Virus record (IMG/VR): IMGVR_UViG_3300009104_001210
Location: 1-64,000 of that record
Strand: one strand, 5' to 3'
DNA length: 64,000 nucleotides
In this document: piece by piece, positions 58,738-64,000 of the stretch
Position numbering within the stretch: position 1 is the first letter of the stretch
Layout of the letters: each line of letters begins with the position of its first letter
Made by a program: the position numbers and the translations under genes
The notes under the pieces: model-generated
Told to the model about the DNA's origin: nothing
Seen by the model: the letters and a program-made list of their open reading frames with translations, nothing else
Database searches by the model: none

Positions 58738-60561
58738 ATGGCTGATAAATCATTATTTGGTAGACTACAAAGATTATTTTCTACAAACGTTATTGTTAGA
58801 AACGTTGGTGGTAGAAAATTAAAAGTTGCAGATACAGATAAAACTCAAATGATGGCAAGAAAAAACTTAATTGACAGATATACAAGATTGTATTCTGGTT
58901 ATGGAGTTTCTGCTGTATCGGATGCCGTAGCAAAAAAAGCACAAAGAATAGGATTATTTAAAGATTATGAAACAATGGATAGTGATGGCATAATCTCATC
59001 AGCACTTGATATCTATGCAGATGAATCAACAATGAAATCTGAATATGGTAATGTTATAGAAATTAATAGTGATAATTCTAATATTAAAGAAATATTACAT
59101 AATCTTTTTTATGATATATTGAATGTTGAATTTAATTTGTGGCCTTGGGTTCGTAATATGTGTAAATATGGAGATTTCTTTTTACAATTAGAAATTAATG
59201 AAAAATATGGTATTACAAATGTAAATCCAATGTCTGCATATGATGTTGTAAGAGTAGAAGGTATAGATGCAGAGAATCCACAACTTGTTAAATTCCACCT
59301 TGAACAGTCAGAAAATATACACGCTATGCAAAGTAGGATGCAGTTTGGTAAAGATAAACCATATGAACTTGAAAATTATGAAGTAGCACATTTCAGATTA
59401 CTTTCAGATTCTAATTATCTTCCATATGGTAAGTCTATGATTGAACAAGGAAGAAAAGTATGGAAGCAGTTACAGTTGATGGAAGATGCTATGTTAATAC
59501 ACCGTATTATGAGAGCACCAGAAAAGAGAGTGTTTAGAGTAGATATAGGAAACATACCACCCGCTGAAGTTGATAACTATATGCAAAAAATCATCAATAA
59601 GATGAAGAAAGCGCCTATAATTGATAATACTACAGGTGATTATAATTTGAAATATAATGTTCAAAATGTTACGGAAGATTTTTTCTTGCCTGTACGTGGT
59701 GGAGATAGTGGAACACAAATTGATTCTTTGCCAGGATTGACTTATGAAGCAATAGAAGATATTGAATATCTTAAAAATAAAATGCTAGCAGCACTTCGTG
59801 TTCCAAAAGCATTTCTTGGATATGAAGAAGGACTTGGTAGTAAAGCTACACTTGCAGCAGAAGATGTAAGGTTTGCAAGAACGATTGAAAGAATCCAAAG
59901 AATTACTGTATCTGAATTGACGAAAATTGCAATAGTTCATTTATATGCACAAGGATTTACAGATGAAGAACTTGTAAACTTTGAATTAAATCTTACAAAT
60001 CCATCTACAATTTATGAAACTGAAAAAGTTGAGTTGTGGAATAGTAAAACTACATTAGCTTCGTCTATGATACAAGATGGTTTAGTTTCTACAGAGTGGA
60101 TTTATAAGAATATATTTAATTTTACGGATAAAGAAATTAAAGAAATGGATAATGAAATTGTATTTGATTACAAACAGAAATTCAGACGATCACAGATAGA
60201 AAATGAGGGTAATGATCCTGCAAAGAGTGGTGAAGCACAAGGAACACCCTCAGATGCACAAGCGGGTAGGACAGGACACGAGTTGGATGATATAGGTGGT
60301 TCACCTCCAGGTGGTTGGAACGGTGCAGGAAGACCAAAAGAGGGTGGAAAATATGGAAAAGATAGTGGCGCAAGAGGTAGAGATCCAATAGGTAAGCATG
60401 ATAGAAAAAAGAGTTATAGTCCGCATTTAGCACTTGCACATTTTGATGGATTAAAGAAAAATATGAAGAAATTCACCAAAAAGGATTATAAGTTAATAAA
60501 TGAGGCTGAAATGATAGAAAACGAATATAAAGAAGAACTTGAGGAGTCTAAATTAAAGTAA
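58738..60561 (+). CDS. Portal protein (T4 gp20-like)
   Basis: MEDAMLIHRIMRAPEKRVFRVDIGNIPP, EDFFLPVRGG, L.VPKAFL, EDVRFARTIERIQ. Confidence 0.95.
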   Translation: MADKSLFGRLQRLFSTNVIVRNVGGRKLKVADTDKTQMMARKNLIDRYTRLYSGYGVSAVSDAVAKKAQRIGLFKDYETMDSDGIISSALDIYADESTMKSEYGNVIEINSDNSNIKEILHNLFYDILNVEFNLWPWVRNMCKYGDFFLQLEINEKYGITNVNPMSAYDVVRVEGIDAENPQLVKFHLEQSENIHAMQSRMQFGKDKPYELENYEVAHFRLLSDSNYLPYGKSMIEQGRKVWKQLQLMEDAMLIHRIMRAPEKRVFRVDIGNIPPAEVDNYMQKIINKMKKAPIIDNTTGDYNLKYNVQNVTEDFFLPVRGGDSGTQIDSLPGLTYEAIEDIEYLKNKMLAALRVPKAFLGYEEGLGSKATLAAEDVRFARTIERIQRITVSELTKIAIVHLYAQGFTDEELVNFELNLTNPSTIYETEKVELWNSKTTLASSMIQDGLVSTEWIYKNIFNFTDKEIKEMDNEIVFDYKQKFRRSQIENEGNDPAKSGEAQGTPSDAQAGRTGHELDDIGGSPPGGWNGAGRPKEGGKYGKDSGARGRDPIGKHDRKKSYSPHLALAHFDGLKKNMKKFTKKDYKLINEAEMIENEYKEELEESKLK

Positions 60562-60576
60562 TTTTTCATATTTTTA

Positions 60577-60584
60577 TATTTATA
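60577..60584 (+). promoter_or_regulatory. TATTTATA motif upstream of the prohead genes
   Basis: Exact motif followed by TATGAC. Confidence 0.6.
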
Positions 60585-60616
60585 TATGACACACTTTTTA
60601 ATGATTGGAGCAATCT

Positions 60617-61474
60617 ATGTTAAATAGAAAACTAGGGCATTCGAAGATAAAAAATGCTGGAATACTTTTTGAACTGTTAACAAGACAAATTACAGTAGAT
60701 TTAATGGAGTCGGATAAATCTAAGGCAGTTGATATTTTAAAAAAATATTTTCATAATAAAACAGAATTGGGAAAAGAATATCAATTATATAAAGTTTTAG
60801 TTGAAAATAAATACAGTTCTGAATCGAGAGCAGAATCTTTGATTGATGCGGTTTTAGAGAGCAGAAAAAAATTAAATAATTCTACTATTAAAAAGGAAAA
60901 ATATAATGCTATTAAAGAAATTAAAGAATGTTATGATATAGGAGACTTTTTTAATGCACGAATTCCTAATTATAAAGTTTTAGCATCAATATATAATGTG
61001 TTTCAAACTCAAGATAGTGTCCAGCCTGAATTGTATGTTAAATCAAAATATACTATTGTTGAAAATTTAACTATTAATTCAAAACCAGCTAAAAAGAATA
61101 AAACTTTTGAATACCTTAAAAAACAAGAAAAAGATTTAAGATTACTAGCATATTCAACTTTAGTAGATAAGTTCAATAAAAAATATAAAAATTTAAATAA
61201 TGAACAAAAAACATTAATAAAAGAATATATCAATAATATTTCTAATACTAATAAATTAAGAGAGTATGTAAATACTGAAGTAGATAAAGTTAAAAAGTCA
61301 TTAAAAAAACAAGTTCAAACTGTAGATGATAAAGTTACACAAATTAAATTAACAGAAGTTGTTAATCAAATTGATGGTTTGAAAAAAGGTAAAATTGTTT
61401 CTGATAAGCAGGTTGTTTCAATGATGAGGTATTACCAACTTATAGAGGAAATAGATCATGTCGCAAACAATTAA
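60617..61474 (+). CDS. Hypothetical head-module protein
   Basis: GGAG RBS before ATG 60617. HSKIKNAGILFELLTRQIT N-terminus, helical/coiled-coil composition, lies between portal and protease. Confidence 0.75.
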   Translation: MLNRKLGHSKIKNAGILFELLTRQITVDLMESDKSKAVDILKKYFHNKTELGKEYQLYKVLVENKYSSESRAESLIDAVLESRKKLNNSTIKKEKYNAIKEIKECYDIGDFFNARIPNYKVLASIYNVFQTQDSVQPELYVKSKYTIVENLTINSKPAKKNKTFEYLKKQEKDLRLLAYSTLVDKFNKKYKNLNNEQKTLIKEYINNISNTNKLREYVNTEVDKVKKSLKKQVQTVDDKVTQIKLTEVVNQIDGLKKGKIVSDKQVVSMMRYYQLIEEIDHVANN

Positions 61475-62084
61475 ATTATCAAAACTTAAAGAAATTATTA
61501 GAGATCTTTTAACAAAAGAGTTAGAAGAGGCTTCTACAACTGTAACTGCTGGTGGTTCTTATATGACACCTGCCGCATTTACTGCTAAAGGAAAAGATAG
61601 ACGAAAGAAAAATGCTAAACAAAGTGGATATGCTTTAGCAGAGGCTAAGTTTGCAGTCAAGTTTCAGTTAGGCAGTGAAATGGGTGATACGGCTACTATT
61701 ATTGTTAATGCAGGTTCAGCAGGTGCTGCAAAAATGGTAGTTGCTAAACAACTTAAAGGTGGAGCTAAAAAAGTTGTTAGTGTCAAGAGAGTTGAAGCTG
61801 GTAAAGCAAAACAGATTGATAAAAAACTTGAAAATGTAAATGAAGGTAAATATCACGAATATAGAAATGATAAAACAAGAACATCAAAACAAAAGATTGG
61901 TCGTTCTATGATGGAAGTTCGTGATAAGTTGAATGAGCTTGATAAATTAGTTAAAATGAATATTAAGTTAAAGAACGAGTTAGGTGTTGATTCTACATCT
62001 TATTGGAAACGAACTCATTCTGCTATGAAAAAAATTAGTGAAAGGTTAGTAAAATTAGCTAATAAAGTCGGCCAATTACACTAA
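61458..62084 (+). CDS. Hypothetical prohead-core-like protein
   Basis: Head-module position. (L/V)xE-A/G motifs (ELEE-A, ALAE-A, VNE-G). C-terminal coiled coil. Confidence 0.6.
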   Translation: MSQTIKLSKLKEIIRDLLTKELEEASTTVTAGGSYMTPAAFTAKGKDRRKKNAKQSGYALAEAKFAVKFQLGSEMGDTATIIVNAGSAGAAKMVVAKQLKGGAKKVVSVKRVEAGKAKQIDKKLENVNEGKYHEYRNDKTRTSKQKIGRSMMEVRDKLNELDKLVKMNIKLKNELGVDSTSYWKRTHSAMKKISERLVKLANKVGQLH

Positions 62085-62090
62085 CTTTTT

Positions 62091-62306
62091 ATGAAGTTGA
62101 AAGAAAAGCCAAAATGGGAACATTTTAGGTTTCAACTTATTTACAAACTTTTGGATATTATAACTATAACAAAAAAGTTTTGTGAAGAATCGCTGAAACA
62201 GGGAAAACGAAATAGTTTTAGTAAGGTGGAAGCGTTAGAAAAAGTTGACAAGCTAATAGAAGAGCTTGAAGAGGTTAGAACTGAAATTATTAAAGTTAAA
62301 AGCTAA
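62091..62306 (+). CDS. Hypothetical protein (71 aa)
   Basis: Fills the gap on the + strand; helical composition. Confidence 0.6.
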   Translation: MKLKEKPKWEHFRFQLIYKLLDIITITKKFCEESLKQGKRNSFSKVEALEKVDKLIEELEEVRTEIIKVKS

Positions 62307-62321
62307 TAAGGTGAGATAAAT

Positions 62322-62975
62322 ATGAGACAACTTATAGTAGACTACTTACCATTTGAAGTAAGGCCAGAGACAATAACTGAATCCATGAAATCCAATAATG
62401 GGAAATTAATGGTTAAGGGTGTATTGCAGAGAGCAAATGCTGAAAATCAAAATGGTAGAATCTACCCTAAAGAAATTCTAGTAAGGGAAGCAAAAAAATA
62501 TGGTCAATCATTTATAAAAGAACGTAGAGCAATGGGTGAATTAGACCATCCCGAAAGCTCGGTAGTCAACTTATCAAATGTTTCTCATAATATAAGAGAA
62601 ATGTGGTGGGAAAATGATGATTTAGTAGGAAAGGTAGAAGTTCTACCTACGCCCGCAGGAAACATTTTAAAAGAATTATTCAGATCAGGTATTAAATTAG
62701 GTATCTCTTCAAGAGGTATGGGTTCAGTAGAAACTATAGATGAAAAAGATGATGAAGACCCAAGTAAACAAACTGTAGCAGTACAACCTGATTTTGAACT
62801 TATAGCATTTGATTTTGTATCTAATCCATCTACACAAGGCGCTTTCTTACACCCAACAAACGAGGGTAGACTTAATGAAAGTGTAGATTATAGAGTAGAT
62901 GAAAGAAATCCGAATGAATGTGGACAATGGTGTAAAGTAGAAACTATTGCTAACGATATTATTAGAGAGATGTAA
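62322..62975 (+). CDS. Prohead maturation protease (T4 gp21-like)
   Basis: NQNGRIYP, GELDHP, GISSRGMGS, FDFVSNPST.GA. Confidence 0.95.
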   Translation: MRQLIVDYLPFEVRPETITESMKSNNGKLMVKGVLQRANAENQNGRIYPKEILVREAKKYGQSFIKERRAMGELDHPESSVVNLSNVSHNIREMWWENDDLVGKVEVLPTPAGNILKELFRSGIKLGISSRGMGSVETIDEKDDEDPSKQTVAVQPDFELIAFDFVSNPSTQGAFLHPTNEGRLNESVDYRVDERNPNECGQWCKVETIANDIIREM

Positions 62976-62977
62976 TT

Positions 62978-63220
62978 ATGCCGAAAACAAAAATAGATAA
63001 AATGTGGGAAACGTGGAAAGATTTTAGATTAGATGATATACCACCTATGTATGAAGGAGCAAAATCTTCAGCTTTAAAAGATGTATCAAGTCTTGAGAAA
63101 AACTTGAAAATGATGATTAAAGATATACATGAAAGTGGTGATAAGAAAAAAGCTGTACGTTTAATGGGGTTATATAAGGAATATGTTCTTGAATTGAAAC
63201 TTGCTTTATCGGAAATGTAA
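62978..63220 (+). CDS. Hypothetical protein (80 aa)
   Basis: Coupled ORF in the head module. Confidence 0.65.
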   Translation: MPKTKIDKMWETWKDFRLDDIPPMYEGAKSSALKDVSSLEKNLKMMIKDIHESGDKKKAVRLMGLYKEYVLELKLALSEM

Positions 63221-63597
63221 TGTCTGTATTACACCGAATAGTCAAGGAATCTATAGCAAATGGCTGGTTTGATGAAGTAACTGAAGATATTCTTAATGAC
63301 GAACAAGAATTCAACACAATGGTTGATGTTTTTGTTAGTGAAATAATGAATAACTTACAAGAATTCAGAAAAAAGAGAGTTATTCGTAATAAAAAACTCA
63401 AACTCAGAGTTATTTGTCCAAAAAATAAAAGATATGTCGCATCAAAAAAGCAATGCGTAAGAGTTTCGGGTGCACAAAGAGTTAAAAAAAGAAGGGCTAT
63501 GAAAAGAGCAGCTATTAAGAAAAGAGGAAAGTCTGCTATGATTAGAAGAAAGAGAATGAAGTCTATGAGAAAAAGACGGGCTATGGGATTACGATAA
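63220..63597 (+). CDS. Prohead core protein-like (T4 gp68-like): acidic N-half, K/R-rich C-half
   Basis: RVKKRRAMKRAAIKKRGKSAMIRRKRMKSMRKRRAMG tail. Confidence 0.6.
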   Translation: MSVLHRIVKESIANGWFDEVTEDILNDEQEFNTMVDVFVSEIMNNLQEFRKKRVIRNKKLKLRVICPKNKRYVASKKQCVRVSGAQRVKKRRAMKRAAIKKRGKSAMIRRKRMKSMRKRRAMGLR

Positions 63598-64000
63598 TGA
63601 GTGAACGTAACTATAAAGCAGAATACAAGAAATTTCAATCATCTACTAAAGCAAAGAAATATAGAGCTGAGTTAAATCAGTATAATAGAAAAAAAGGTAC
63701 TTATGGTAATGGTGATGGTAAAGATGCTTCACATAAAGGTGGTAGAATAGCAGGATTTGAAGCAGAATCTAAAAATCGTGGTAGAGCAGAAAAAAGTAGA
63801 TTAAAAAAAGAAGCTATAACTATGTTAGAAGCTAAGTTTACTGATGATACTTTAGTTAGTAGAATTAAACATTGGAGTAAACAACATAAAGGTACAGGAA
63901 TCGGATATGGTCATGTACTTGGTCAATTAGCAGTTCATATGAAAGAAATGGGTTGGAATAAAAGTTATAAAGAGGTTGCAAGAATTGCAGTGGAATTAGG
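63597..64000 (+). CDS. Protein with N-terminal degenerate HNH-like domain (3' end outside window); not in the ORF track
   Basis: TAATG overlap at 63595-63599. MSERNYKAEYKKFQSS...RAELNQYNRKKG..GNGDGKDASH...SKNRGR; open to the window end. Confidence 0.65.
   Translation, partial: MSERNYKAEYKKFQSSTKAKKYRAELNQYNRKKGTYGNGDGKDASHKGGRIAGFEAESKNRGRAEKSRLKKEAITMLEAKFTDDTLVSRIKHWSKQHKGTGIGYGHVLGQLAVHMKEMGWNKSYKEVARIAVEL

Larger units (their letters stand above)
1..64000 (+). other. Segment of a large T4-like tailed phage genome (tail module, biosynthetic island, head/packaging module)
   Basis: T4 gp17/gp20/gp21-like terminase, portal and prohead protease at the right end and an S74 tail fibre at the left. 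Single-strand, tightly packed genes with ATGA/TAATG overlaps. No host housekeeping genes or integrase. Confidence 0.93.

Noticed and set aside
312-63638. All minus-strand ORFs in the track (e.g. 1787..2173, 31311..31643, 63117..63638)
   Set aside because: They lie wholly antisense to well-supported + strand genes, have low-complexity F/L/I/S-rich translations typical of shadow frames, and show no motifs.
1-64000. Stop-codon reassignment, CRISPR array, tRNA genes, diversity-generating retroelement
   Set aside because: TAA, TAG and TGA all end genes at tight junctions and long ORFs are intact in code 11. No spaced repeat array, no T-loop/cloverleaf and no reverse transcriptase or TR/VR pair were seen.

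Overview
A 64 kb, very AT-rich segment of a large T4-like (myovirus-type, probably jumbo) phage genome. Every credible gene is on the + strand, mostly translationally coupled, in the standard genetic code. Left end (1-5.1 kb): the 3' part of a tail fibre with a peptidase-S74 chaperone, a 56-aa Cys-rich ORF missed by the ORF track, and two paralogous proteins ending in complete Hint (intein-like) domains that flank a GT4-like glycosyltransferase. Middle (5.2-51.2 kb): a ~46 kb biosynthetic island. It holds 3 GT7 enzymes each split by a LamG domain, 6 GT10-like paralogues, GT11-like and Maf-like transferases, 9 radical SAM enzymes (4 N-terminal-twitch, 2 C-terminal twitch/SPASM, 3 B12-binding), 3 Fe(II)/2OG-type oxygenases, 3 SGNH proteins, 4 extended SDRs, 2 nucleotide-sugar dehydrogenases, RmlC, a TPP E1 alpha/beta pair, an HldE-type kinase, a DegT aminotransferase, a ParB-PLP fusion, an amidinotransferase and a carbamoyltransferase. 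A structured leader with competing hairpins precedes rmlC. Right end (51.2-64 kb): P-loop kinase, GH108 lysozyme, a 1097-aa nucleotidyltransferase/ligase polyprotein, then terminase, portal, prohead core-like proteins and prohead protease. All six intergenic gaps of 30 nt or more contain TATTTAT(A/T). Best overall hypothesis (inference): a late-expressed system that builds a heavily tailored, aminoglycoside/orthosomycin-like glycan and attaches it to virion proteins or host surfaces. No tRNA, rRNA, CRISPR array or integrase was seen. All family calls come from motif recognition by eye; no database search was run.
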